Below are positions 50,181 to 58,883 of a stretch of DNA of 64,000 nt, piece after piece; position 1 is the first letter of the stretch; each line of letters starts with the position of its first letter. The notes under the pieces were generated by a model. That model was not told where the DNA came from. It worked only from the letters and a program-made list of their open reading frames with translations, and ran no database searches. Source of the DNA: Candidatus Aminicenantes bacterium (GTDB lineage: Bacteria; Acidobacteriota; Aminicenantia; Aminicenantales; Saccharicenantaceae); contig CAVTOI010000003.1 of NCBI GenBank assembly GCA_963736255.1, positions 1,684,400 to 1,748,399 on the forward strand, written 5' to 3'. A program made the translations under genes and the position numbers.

Positions 50181-51539
50181 CTAGGCCTCGATGATCCCCA
50201 GGGGCGGGTTCGTCTTCCACTTGCCCCTTGTGAAATCGGGGATCTCGATCGGCCGGCCCTTGCCCGCGACGCTTTTCACACTGGCGCCGACGATGGCGCT
50301 CCAGGCGGCGGCGTCGTAGACGTCCTGATCGAGCGGCTCGCCCTTGCGGAGAGACTGGATGAGCCGATAGTCCTCGATGTAGTCCATGCCGCCGTGGCCT
50401 CTCCCCTCGCCCTTCGAAGCGATGGCCTTCCAGAGCGGGTGCTCGAACTCGGCGGCGAACTTCTCGAAATCGTCCCATTGATGGGGTTTCTCCGCCTTGC
50501 CCTCGATGTAGATCCGGTCGGGCCACTTGTGGGCCAGGCCCTTGGTGCCCTGGACGAGGTTGATCCGCGTGTAGGGCCGCGGCAGGTTGGTGTCGTGGAT
50601 GAGGATGATCGTCTTGCCGAGCTTGGTCTTGATGAGGCTGGTGTTGACGTCGCCGAGGACGTAGCGTTCTTTCGCCTGCGGCGAGTCCGCCCCGAACGTC
50701 GCCACCGCGTACTCATGGAGGCCGCGCGTCGGGGAGCTCAGCGAGACGAGATAATCGAAGGCGTCGCCGCGGTTGACGTTCATGCACTGGGCCACGGGCC
50801 CGAGACCGTGCGTCGGATAGAGGTTGCCGTTGAGCTTCTCGGACCAGGCCCGCCGCCACAGCCCCTCGCCGTCGCTCGAGAACTTGACGCCGCGGAGGTC
50901 ATGGAGGTAGCCGGCCTCGCCGTGGAGGACCTCGCCGAGGACGCCTTTGCGGACGAGATTGAGCGTCATGAGCTCGATCCGGTCGTAGCAGCAGTTCTCC
51001 ATCATCTGGCAGTGCTTCTTGTATTTTTCGGCCGCTTCGACGAGGGCCCAACAGTCCTCGATCGACATGGCCGCCGGCACCTCGGTCGCGGCGTGCTTGC
51101 CGTTGCGCATCGCGGCCAGACACACCGGCACGTGCCACTCCCACGGCGTCGCCGTCATGACCAGATCGAGGTCCTCGGTCGCGCACATGCGCTCGAAATC
51201 GCGTTCCCCGTTCGAATAACCGGCAGGCTTCGGCTGCCCGGCCTCGACGATCCATTTCTGGGCCCTTTCCACGTGGGCCGGGCGGATGTCACAGATGGCC
51301 TTGATCTCGACGCCCTCGATATTGAGGTAGTTCTGGACATGGGCCGAACCCATGCCGCCGACGCCGACAAAGCCGACCTTGACGGTGGGGATGGCCGGGG
51401 CCGTGAACTGCGATCGGGCTTCGCCCGGAATGGACGGCTTGGCCTCGAGGCCGAGACCGGCCACCGCGGCGCCCAATCCGGCGGCCGCCCCGATCTTGAG
51501 GAAATCCCTCCGGCTCTGGTTCTTGGTCGATTCGCTCAT
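50181..51539 (-). CDS. Tat-secreted Gfo/Idh/MocA-family oxidoreductase (GH109 alpha-N-acetylgalactosaminidase-like)
   Basis: RRDFLKIGAAAGLGAAVA Tat signal; Rossmann motif GFVGVGGMG. Confidence 0.8.
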   Translation of the reverse strand: MSESTKNQSRRDFLKIGAAAGLGAAVAGLGLEAKPSIPGEARSQFTAPAIPTVKVGFVGVGGMGSAHVQNYLNIEGVEIKAICDIRPAHVERAQKWIVEAGQPKPAGYSNGERDFERMCATEDLDLVMTATPWEWHVPVCLAAMRNGKHAATEVPAAMSIEDCWALVEAAEKYKKHCQMMENCCYDRIELMTLNLVRKGVLGEVLHGEAGYLHDLRGVKFSSDGEGLWRRAWSEKLNGNLYPTHGLGPVAQCMNVNRGDAFDYLVSLSSPTRGLHEYAVATFGADSPQAKERYVLGDVNTSLIKTKLGKTIILIHDTNLPRPYTRINLVQGTKGLAHKWPDRIYIEGKAEKPHQWDDFEKFAAEFEHPLWKAIASKGEGRGHGGMDYIEDYRLIQSLRKGEPLDQDVYDAAAWSAIVGASVKSVAGKGRPIEIPDFTRGKWKTNPPLGIIEA

Positions 51540-51571
51540 AAGTCCTCCTGATGGATCCTAGTATGGCGGCC

Positions 51572-52159
51572 TTAGAAGACCCGGAACTCGAGACCTCCGA
51601 GCACCTGGAAGCCGCCCAGATTGATGCTCGCGTCGGGAAGGGAACTCTCCCCGGTGCGGATGGATTCGAAGCTCCCCGAACAAAACAATGAGACCCGCTT
51701 GAGAACGGCCGCGGAGACGGCGAGAACGATCCGCGGCGATATCTTATGTCCTCCGAAATCGAGATCGACCGTCTGCCAGGTCTCCCGGTATCTGTGGATG
51801 CCGGCTCCCGCCCCGAGTCGGATCGCGACGGGTCCGGCGTCGATCTGATAGAAAACAAGGAGGGGGATGGACGTCCGCCAGAATTCCACCGCGTACGTTT
51901 CCGTGCCCCCGTCCATGGGCTCCGCGACGCCCTTATCGGCCGTCCGGCCGAAGCCGGCGGCGAACCCGATGGGGCCCTTGAGCTTGAGCCAGAGGTCCCC
52001 GGCGAGCGACAGGCTCGATCCGTAGATCTCGCGGTAAGCGCCCTCCGAGGGGAAGAAGACTCCGGCCCCGAAGGATACCGACAGCTCCTGCGCGGGCGCG
52101 GCAGCGGCCAGGCCCCCCACGAAGAGAACCAATCCTGCCGCGAGGCAGCCGGCCTTCAC
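51572..52159 (-). CDS. small outer-membrane beta-barrel protein
   Basis: A GTG start overlapping the upstream stop (GTGA) gives a signal peptide (VKAGCLAAGLVLFVGGLAAAAPA). Amphipathic strands and a C-terminal ...GGLEFRVF. Confidence 0.55.
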   Translation of the reverse strand: MKAGCLAAGLVLFVGGLAAAAPAQELSVSFGAGVFFPSEGAYREIYGSSLSLAGDLWLKLKGPIGFAAGFGRTADKGVAEPMDGGTETYAVEFWRTSIPLLVFYQIDAGPVAIRLGAGAGIHRYRETWQTVDLDFGGHKISPRIVLAVSAAVLKRVSLFCSGSFESIRTGESSLPDASINLGGFQVLGGLEFRVF

Positions 52160-53916
52160 CGGATGCCTCTCAAGACCGGGAAACTGAAGATCGGGACGGC
52201 CAATGACGCCCCTATCGAGGCGGAGCGTGTCGCCGGCCGATCCAGGCGTGCGGCCATCCATTCAGCGTCGCGCGAACGATTGCTCTCGAGCCCCGCCGGG
52301 CCCACGGCCGTGACGGCGTAGGAAAATGTCGGTTCCGACCCGGCATTCGTGTCGGAGAAGGCCGTCCCGGTCACGGGCGTCGTATTGATCTTGACGTAAC
52401 CGAGATGAGGGGTGTTCGTCCTATAGATATTGTAGCTTGTCGCGTCCGTTTGCGCCGTCCAATGCAGCCGGACGGTGTGCAGGGAGTTGAAGAGCGATCT
52501 GTAGACGAACAAGTCGGCGTAGAGGCCGACCGGCGTCCGGGGGTAGCCGTCCTTGATCGGCTGGGCCAGCTCGGCGAGGAGCCCGACGGAGGCCCGCGTG
52601 GCACTGGTGAGGAAGTCGAGGTTGAGCGTGTCGAGCGTATCGGTCGTCCGATGGTAATAGGGATTGGTCAGGGGATTGTCCTCGATGGCCAGTAGGGCCG
52701 GATAGCCGTTGTCCCAGAAGGGCGAGTGATCGGAGTAGACGAACGACTGATCCACGGTCTTCGTCGCCCCGACAACGCCGTAATGCGCGCCGGCGGCCAG
52801 GAAGAGATCGGCCAGCCAGGTCGAGTTGCCGTTGACGATGATCTGGAGGTCTTCGGGCATGGCATCCGCATAGCCGATCATGTCCAGGTTAATGACGCCG
52901 AGGATGTGCTGGCCGCCCAGACGGGCATATCCGGCGTAGGCCCGGCTCCCCCAGAGCCCCCATTCCTCGGCCGAAAAGGCGATGAAGCGGACGGTGTAAT
53001 CCAGCGGATAGGGCGCCAGGACCCGGGCCGCCTCGAGGACCGCAGCTGTGCCGCTGGCGTTATCGTCGGCCCCGGGGGCCAGCGTCAGCCGCGATGGGGA
53101 CGTCGAGTCATAGTGCGAACAGATGATGTAGACGTCGTTCGGGTAGGTCTCGCCCCTCTTTTCGGCGACGACGTTGCGCGATGTATTAGAGCCGGAGAAC
53201 GTGAACGGCTCGAAACGGACATTGTCGAGGCCGAGGGCCGAGAACGCGGCGAAGAGGGCCTCGCCGGCGGCTTCGCAGTTCGTCGTCGAAGCGTAGCGCG
53301 TCTGGAAATCCTGGAGGGTCTGGACGCCGGCGGCCAGGTTGGAGCTCGAAACGAGAGAGACGATCGTCTCGACGAGCGGGTCCTGGGCTGAGGTCGTGTC
53401 CGGGGCAGGAGCGACGGCGGTGCGCGTCCGGACATACGGAAGAACAGAACGGGGCGGGAGGGCCTTGCGCGGCAGACCGGCCGGTACGGCTTCCAGAGCG
53501 CTCCCCTCCTCGGTCCAAAAGACGGCCGTCGAGGGCTCCACGGCCGCGGCGTGGCCGGCGGCGCGGAGGGAGGCCAGGGCGCCCGGAGCGGCGATCCCGA
53601 CGACGAGAAACTCGCGCCGGGCCGCGTTCCGATCGAGGACCGTGAAGCGCACGCCGTTCCGGCGCAGGAGGTCGATATCGTCCCTATCGGCAAAGGCCAG
53701 CAGGCAGGTGGTCAACTCCTGCCGGACGTCGATCTGGAGCCGAGTCAGGAGCTGAATAGGCAGGGCCGGGGTCTTGGCGATGCGGATGAGGGCGAGCGAT
53801 CCGCCGCTTCCCGGGGCGGCCGACCCGGACGTCTCGGACGACGCGACCGGAAGGCCCGCGGCGATGACGAGGCCGCAGACCAGGATGACCGGAAGGACGG
53901 ACCCTGAATGCCTCAT
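52156..53916 (-). CDS. M28-family peptidase with a C-terminal Fn3/Ig-like domain
   Basis: Signal peptide; Zn ligands in HYDS...DDNASG...EEWGLWGS...H. Confidence 0.8.
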   Translation of the reverse strand: MRHSGSVLPVILVCGLVIAAGLPVASSETSGSAAPGSGGSLALIRIAKTPALPIQLLTRLQIDVRQELTTCLLAFADRDDIDLLRRNGVRFTVLDRNAARREFLVVGIAAPGALASLRAAGHAAAVEPSTAVFWTEEGSALEAVPAGLPRKALPPRSVLPYVRTRTAVAPAPDTTSAQDPLVETIVSLVSSSNLAAGVQTLQDFQTRYASTTNCEAAGEALFAAFSALGLDNVRFEPFTFSGSNTSRNVVAEKRGETYPNDVYIICSHYDSTSPSRLTLAPGADDNASGTAAVLEAARVLAPYPLDYTVRFIAFSAEEWGLWGSRAYAGYARLGGQHILGVINLDMIGYADAMPEDLQIIVNGNSTWLADLFLAAGAHYGVVGATKTVDQSFVYSDHSPFWDNGYPALLAIEDNPLTNPYYHRTTDTLDTLNLDFLTSATRASVGLLAELAQPIKDGYPRTPVGLYADLFVYRSLFNSLHTVRLHWTAQTDATSYNIYRTNTPHLGYVKINTTPVTGTAFSDTNAGSEPTFSYAVTAVGPAGLESNRSRDAEWMAARLDRPATRSASIGASLAVPIFSFPVLRGIR

Positions 53917-53981
53917 ACGCCGTTATTAGAACAGATTTCGGCCGCGGCGGTCAACAGAGGTATAATCGGCCGGGAGGGACC

Positions 53982-54470
53982 ATGAAAGCGAAGCCGGCAT
54001 CACCCGAAGGCCGTTTCATGGACAGGGCCATCCGCGAAGCGCGCAAGAACCTCGTCCGGCCGGACGGCGGGCCCTTCGGCGCCTGCATCGTCAAGGACGG
54101 CCGCATCGTCGCCGTGGCCCGGAATACCGTCCTCGCGAGCGACGCCACGTCCCACGCCGAGGTCAACGCCATCCGTAAGGCCTCGAAAAAGCTGGGGACC
54201 TTCGACCTCACCGGCTGCGAGATCTATTCGACGACCGAGCCCTGCCCGATGTGCTTCGGGGCCATCCACTGGGCCCGGATCGGCACGGTCTATTACGGCA
54301 CCGGCATCCGCGATGCGGCCCGGGCCGGGTTCCACGAGCTCAGGATATCGAACGCGCAGATGAAGGCCCTCGGCGGAAGCAAGATCCGGCTCGTGCCGGG
54401 ATTCATGCGCGCCGAGTGCCAGAGGCTTTTCGACGCCTGGCTCGACATGCCGGACAAGAGCCGCTACTGA
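53982..54470 (+). CDS. CMP/dCMP-type nucleoside deaminase (guanine/tRNA-adenosine-deaminase-like)
   Basis: HAE...PCPMC zinc-binding motifs. Confidence 0.8.
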   Translation: MKAKPASPEGRFMDRAIREARKNLVRPDGGPFGACIVKDGRIVAVARNTVLASDATSHAEVNAIRKASKKLGTFDLTGCEIYSTTEPCPMCFGAIHWARIGTVYYGTGIRDAARAGFHELRISNAQMKALGGSKIRLVPGFMRAECQRLFDAWLDMPDKSRY

Positions 54471-54484
54471 GGTCTTTCAAACAC

Positions 54485-54513
54485 TTGACAAAGCCGGCGG
54501 CGGGGCTTATGAT
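54485..54513 (+). promoter_or_regulatory. consensus sigma70 promoter (TTGACA, 17-nt spacer, TATGAT) driving the trp leader and trpB2
   Basis: TTGACA at 54485-54490 and TATGAT at 54508-54513. Confidence 0.65.
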
Positions 54514-54522
54514 GCTTCGGAA

Positions 54523-54609
54523 ATGGACAGCTTGAAGGATCCTCGCGTCACCGCCGTCGTGCTGTCCTCTTGGCTTTGGAACTGGTGGGCGGTCCCAACC
54601 GCCCGATAA
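54523..54609 (+). CDS. Trp-rich leader peptide MDSLKDPRVTAVVLSSWLWNWWAVPTAR (attenuation-type)
   Basis: The ATG lies ~10 nt after the -10 box. Four Trp codons fall within six codons. GC-rich alternative hairpins (GGGCGGTCCCAACCGCCC, CGGGCTTTGACGCGCCCG) follow, before the trpB2 RBS AAAGGA. Confidence 0.55.
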   Translation: MDSLKDPRVTAVVLSSWLWNWWAVPTAR

Positions 54610-54756
54610 GACCGTTCCCCCCGCCCATTCCCTTTCTTGGGACAGGTGCGCTCGCCCGCCTTGTGATCATCGCCGGGCTTTGACGCGCCCGCCCCGAAAG
54701 CCCAGGCCCCCCGCCGGCGACGACGGGGCTGAAGTCATGAAAGGACATTGACCATC

Positions 54757-56049
54757 ATGCGATTCGCATCGAGAAAACCGGAATTCCTCCCCCGGGCCTT
54801 CTACAACATCAAGGCCGATCTCCCCTCTCCGCCCAAGCCACCCCTTCATCCGGGGACGAAAGAACCCCTCAAGCCCGAGGACCTCGAGCCCATTTTCCCC
54901 AAGAGCTTCATCCGCCAGGGGGGCGAGACGGCCCGCGAGATCCCCATCCCCGGGCCCGTCCTCGAGGCCTTCGAGATCTTCCGGCCGACGCCGCTCATCG
55001 AGGCCACCGCCCTGCGGAAGGCGCTCGACACGCCGGCCCGCATCTTCTACAAGTACGAGGGGGTCGGCCCGGTCGGCAGCCACAAGACGAACACGGCCGT
55101 CATGCAGGCTTATCTCGCGGCCCAGGACGGCGTCAGGACGCTGGCCACGGAAACGGGCGCCGGTCAGTGGGGCTCCGCTCTGGCCTATGCCGGCTCGCGC
55201 TTCGGCATCGAAACGAAGATCTTCATGGTCCGCTCGAGCTTCCGGCAGAAGCCCGGACGCCGCGTCATCATGGAGATGTTCGGCGGCACGGTCCTCGAAA
55301 GCCCGAGCCCGACGACGGACGCCGGCCGCAAGTTCTACGATCAGGACCACGATCACCCCGGCAGCCTCGGCATCGCCATCGCCGAGGCGGTCGAGCTCAC
55401 GGTCAAGACCCCCGGCGTCAAGTACGCCCTGGGCTCGGTCCTCGACAGCGTCCTCATGCACCAGACGGTCATCGGGCTCGAGGCCGAAAAGCAGATGGAG
55501 GAGATGGGAGCCGTCCCCGACACGGTCATCGGCTGCGTCGGCGGCGGCTCGAACTTCGCCGGGCTGGCCTTCCCGTTCGTCCGGCATGATCTCGCAGGCG
55601 AAAGAAAGACGCGCTTCATCGCCGTCGAGCCGGAGGCCTGTCCCTCGCTGACGCGGGGCAAGCTGTGCTACGACTTCGGCGACAGCGTCGGGATGACCCC
55701 TCTCCTCTACATGCACACGCTGGGCATGGACTTCGTGCCGCCGCCGCTTCACGCCGGGGGCTTGCGCTACCACGGCATGGCCCCGCTCGTCAGCCACCTT
55801 GCAGACATGGGGATCGTGGAGGCGCGGGCGGTCGACGAGAAGACCGTCTTCGAACGGGCCGTCCTGTTCATGAAGACGGAAGGCATCCTGCCGGCCCCTG
55901 AATCCTCCCACGCCATCTCCGTCGCCGTCGACGAGGCCCTGGCGGCGAAAAGGGACGGGCGCGCGCGGACGATCCTCTTCAATCTGAGCGGACACGGCTT
56001 CCTCGACATCAGCGCCTACGCCCGGAACGGCCAAGGCGGGAAGACTTAG
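54757..56049 (+). CDS. trpB: TrpB2-type tryptophan synthase beta-like PLP enzyme
   Basis: Long TrpB2 N-extension (FYNIKADLPSPPKPPLHPGT...RPTPL...) and the PLP-lysine region GSHKTNTA. Confidence 0.85.
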   Translation: MRFASRKPEFLPRAFYNIKADLPSPPKPPLHPGTKEPLKPEDLEPIFPKSFIRQGGETAREIPIPGPVLEAFEIFRPTPLIEATALRKALDTPARIFYKYEGVGPVGSHKTNTAVMQAYLAAQDGVRTLATETGAGQWGSALAYAGSRFGIETKIFMVRSSFRQKPGRRVIMEMFGGTVLESPSPTTDAGRKFYDQDHDHPGSLGIAIAEAVELTVKTPGVKYALGSVLDSVLMHQTVIGLEAEKQMEEMGAVPDTVIGCVGGGSNFAGLAFPFVRHDLAGERKTRFIAVEPEACPSLTRGKLCYDFGDSVGMTPLLYMHTLGMDFVPPPLHAGGLRYHGMAPLVSHLADMGIVEARAVDEKTVFERAVLFMKTEGILPAPESSHAISVAVDEALAAKRDGRARTILFNLSGHGFLDISAYARNGQGGKT

Positions 56050-56150
56050 CGGACCGGGCCGGGGCCCGGACCGGGCAGGCGGGGAACATGTTGCCAGATG
56101 CCGCCGTAGTGTATTAAGGTGTCTCCGGACTTACAGGAGGTCGTTCACAT

Positions 56151-57854
56151 ATGACAAAACGCATGTCCCTGCCGGTTCTCGTCCTTCTCGCCCTCGCGCT
56201 CTCCGGTTTTTCGCCCCGGGCCTCGACGGCCGGACAGGCGGCCACGGCCAACGACAGCGCCCTGCCCGCTAAGATCGACGCCGTCATGGCCGAGATCTAC
56301 AAGCCCGGCGAACCCGGGGCGGCCGTCATCGTCCGCAAGGACGGGCAAACGATCTTCCGCAAGGGCTACGGCATGGCCGACCTCGAGCTCGGCGTGCCGG
56401 TGGATCCGGACATGGTCTTCCGCCTCGGCTCGATCACCAAGCAGTTCACGGCCGTGTCCATCCTCATGCTGGCCCAGGACGGCAAGCTCAAGCTCCAGGA
56501 CGAGATCACGAAGTTCCTGCCGGACTATCCGACCCAAGGCAGGAGGATCACGGTCGAGCATCTCCTGACCCACACGTCCGGCATCCAGAGCTACACGGAC
56601 ATGCCCGAGTGGCTGCCGCTCTGGCGCAAGGATTTCACGGTCAAGGAGCTCGTCGACCTCTTCAAGGACAAGCCCATGCAGTTCGAACCGGGACGGAGCT
56701 GGGCCTACAATAACTCCGGTTACGTCCTGCTCGGGGCCATCATCGAGAAGACCTCGGGAAAGACCTACGAGGACTTCGTCGCGGACAATATCTTCAAGCC
56801 GCTGGGCATGAAGGGCTCCTGTTACGGCAACACCGACCCCGTCATCCCCCGGCGCGTCCCGGGCTATCAAGCCGCCAAGGGCGGCTTCGTCAATGCTCCC
56901 TACCTCAGCATGACCCAGCCCTATGCGGCCGGATCGCTCCTCTCGACGGTGGACGACCTGGCCATCTGGAGCGACGCCGTCTTCGCCGGGAAGCTCGTCC
57001 GCAGGGAATGGCTCAGCAAGGCGTTCACTCCCTACAGACTTCAAAACGGGGAGCTGTCGGGTTACGGCTACGGGTGGTTCGTCGGAGATCTCGCCGGCCA
57101 CCGCTCGATCGAACACGGCGGGGGCATCAACGGCTTCACAAGCTACGAGATGACCTTCCCGGAGGACGGCATCTTCATCGCCATTCTGACCAACAGCGCC
57201 ATCGCCGGCCGCGATCCTGAACCCCGGGCGGTCAAGATAGCCTGGCTCACGCTCGGCCTGACGGAGCCGGAACGGAAGACGGCCACGCTTGCGGCCGGTG
57301 ATCTCGACAAGGTCGCCGGCGTCTACGTCAACGAAAGGAAGCAAGAATATTATTTCAGCCGTGAGGGCACGAAGCTCTTCGCCCAAAGGCAGGGCGGCTC
57401 GAAGAACGAGATCTATCCCGCCTCGCCGACGGAATTCTTCCTGAAGGATAACCCGGCCCGCTTCATGTTCGTCAAGGACGCCGGAGGCCGCGTGAACGGC
57501 CTGAGGATCAAATCCCGCATCGGCCCCGCCCAGGTCTTCACGAAGTCCGACAAGCCCCTCCCTGCGGCGCGCGAAGAGGCGGCCGTCGACCCCAAGCTTT
57601 ACGATCGCCTGACCGGGGACTATGAGCTGGCGCCTCAGTTCATCCTCACCATCCTCCGGCGGGGCGACAAGCTCATCTCCCAGGCCACGGGCCAGCCCGA
57701 AGTCGAGCTCTTCCCCGAGTCCGAGACGAAGTTTTTCCTCAAGGTCGTCGATGCCCAGGTCGACTTCATCATCGACGCCTCGGGCCTCGTGACCGGGCTC
57801 GTCCTCCATCAGGGGGGACAGGACCTGCCGGCCAAGAAGATCCGGAGGCCCTGA
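56151..57854 (+). CDS. secreted serine hydrolase (class-C beta-lactamase-related) with a DUF3471-like C-terminal domain
   Basis: Signal peptide; SITK (SxxK), YNN-type (YNNSGY) and HGG motifs. Confidence 0.8.
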   Translation: MTKRMSLPVLVLLALALSGFSPRASTAGQAATANDSALPAKIDAVMAEIYKPGEPGAAVIVRKDGQTIFRKGYGMADLELGVPVDPDMVFRLGSITKQFTAVSILMLAQDGKLKLQDEITKFLPDYPTQGRRITVEHLLTHTSGIQSYTDMPEWLPLWRKDFTVKELVDLFKDKPMQFEPGRSWAYNNSGYVLLGAIIEKTSGKTYEDFVADNIFKPLGMKGSCYGNTDPVIPRRVPGYQAAKGGFVNAPYLSMTQPYAAGSLLSTVDDLAIWSDAVFAGKLVRREWLSKAFTPYRLQNGELSGYGYGWFVGDLAGHRSIEHGGGINGFTSYEMTFPEDGIFIAILTNSAIAGRDPEPRAVKIAWLTLGLTEPERKTATLAAGDLDKVAGVYVNERKQEYYFSREGTKLFAQRQGGSKNEIYPASPTEFFLKDNPARFMFVKDAGGRVNGLRIKSRIGPAQVFTKSDKPLPAAREEAAVDPKLYDRLTGDYELAPQFILTILRRGDKLISQATGQPEVELFPESETKFFLKVVDAQVDFIIDASGLVTGLVLHQGGQDLPAKKIRRP

Positions 57855-57924
57855 GAGGGAACCCGGCGCCTGGCGGTTTCGTATATTGGGGTGAACGTAT
57901 CATTCCATCGAGGGAGGCCTGGCC

Positions 57925-58665
57925 ATGTCATTGATTCGCATGAAGGTCGGTATCGCCATCCTTTGCCTGGTCGGTTTCCTCGCCGCCTGCGACGACTTCC
58001 GGGATGACCGGAACAGGATGACGGAAACTCACACGGTCGCCCTCGAGGGAGCGGCCCGGGCCGAGGTGGGCGTGCATATGGGGACCGGCGAGATGAAGCT
58101 CCGGGGCGCCGTCCAAGAGGCGCTGCTCGAGGCCTCGTTCTCTTTCAACCGGGAGCGCAATCGCCCTGAAGTCGACTACCGCATGTTCGGCGACAAGGGC
58201 ATTCTGGAGGTCCGGCACGCCCGGCGGCGCGGCATCAACTTCGGCGGCAGCCGGAACAACTGGGACCTCGTCCTGGGCAACTCCGTGCCGATCGACCTCA
58301 AGGTCGATCTCGGCGCCGGCCGGAGCGAGATCGACCTGCGGGGCCTCACGCTCGAACGGGTCGAGATCGACATGGGCGTCGGTGAGACTGAGCTCGATCT
58401 GCGCGGCCCGCACAAGACGGGATTCCTGGTCAAGATCGACGGCGGCGTCGGCAGCGGCAAGATCGTCCTGCCCGCCGAGGTCGGCGTCCGGGTCAAGGTC
58501 GACGGCGGCCTCGGCTCGGTCGACGCCCACGGCCTGACCAAGCAATCCGGCGCCTGGGTCAACGACCTTTACGGGAAAAGCCCCATCACGATCGAGGTCG
58601 ACATCGACGCCGGCATCGGCAGCCTCGACCTCCGGGTCGAGCCCTCCTCGCAAATCCGGACATGA
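57925..58665 (+). CDS. lipoprotein of the DUF4097/toast-rack beta-helix family
   Basis: Lipobox LAAC; repeated (I/V)DLxxGxGxxELDLRG units. Confidence 0.6.
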   Translation: MSLIRMKVGIAILCLVGFLAACDDFRDDRNRMTETHTVALEGAARAEVGVHMGTGEMKLRGAVQEALLEASFSFNRERNRPEVDYRMFGDKGILEVRHARRRGINFGGSRNNWDLVLGNSVPIDLKVDLGAGRSEIDLRGLTLERVEIDMGVGETELDLRGPHKTGFLVKIDGGVGSGKIVLPAEVGVRVKVDGGLGSVDAHGLTKQSGAWVNDLYGKSPITIEVDIDAGIGSLDLRVEPSSQIRT

Positions 58666-58671
58666 CCAGTA

Positions 58672-58738
58672 AATGGGGACGCTTCTATTCTTTAAATTAA
58701 TGCAATTTTTTTAAAAATAGAAGCGTCCCCATTTTTTC
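58672..58738. terminator. bidirectional rho-independent terminator: 18-bp stem AATGGGGACGCTTCTATT, AT-rich loop, T-run
   Basis: Arms 58672-58689 and 58716-58733 are perfect complements, flanked by A/T runs, between the convergent toast-rack and tnaA genes. Confidence 0.7.
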
Positions 58739-58883
58739 CCCCATTATTTTCCTGTCTCGCCAATCGTGAGCGCATTCAGCTGATCCTGCAAAGGCGCCGG
58801 AATGAGGCCGCGGAAAAAGGGGCGAGGGTGATCCTCAGCGAATAGAGATGAGCCCCGAGACCCCTCAGCGACCGTTATTGGAC

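Noticed and set aside
54514-54756. T-box riboswitch upstream of trpB2
   Set aside because: The AGGGUGGNACCGCG T-box sequence and a specifier-loop architecture are not present. The UGGUGGGCGGUCCC stretch is part of the W-rich micro-ORF, so a leader-peptide attenuator is the more economical reading.
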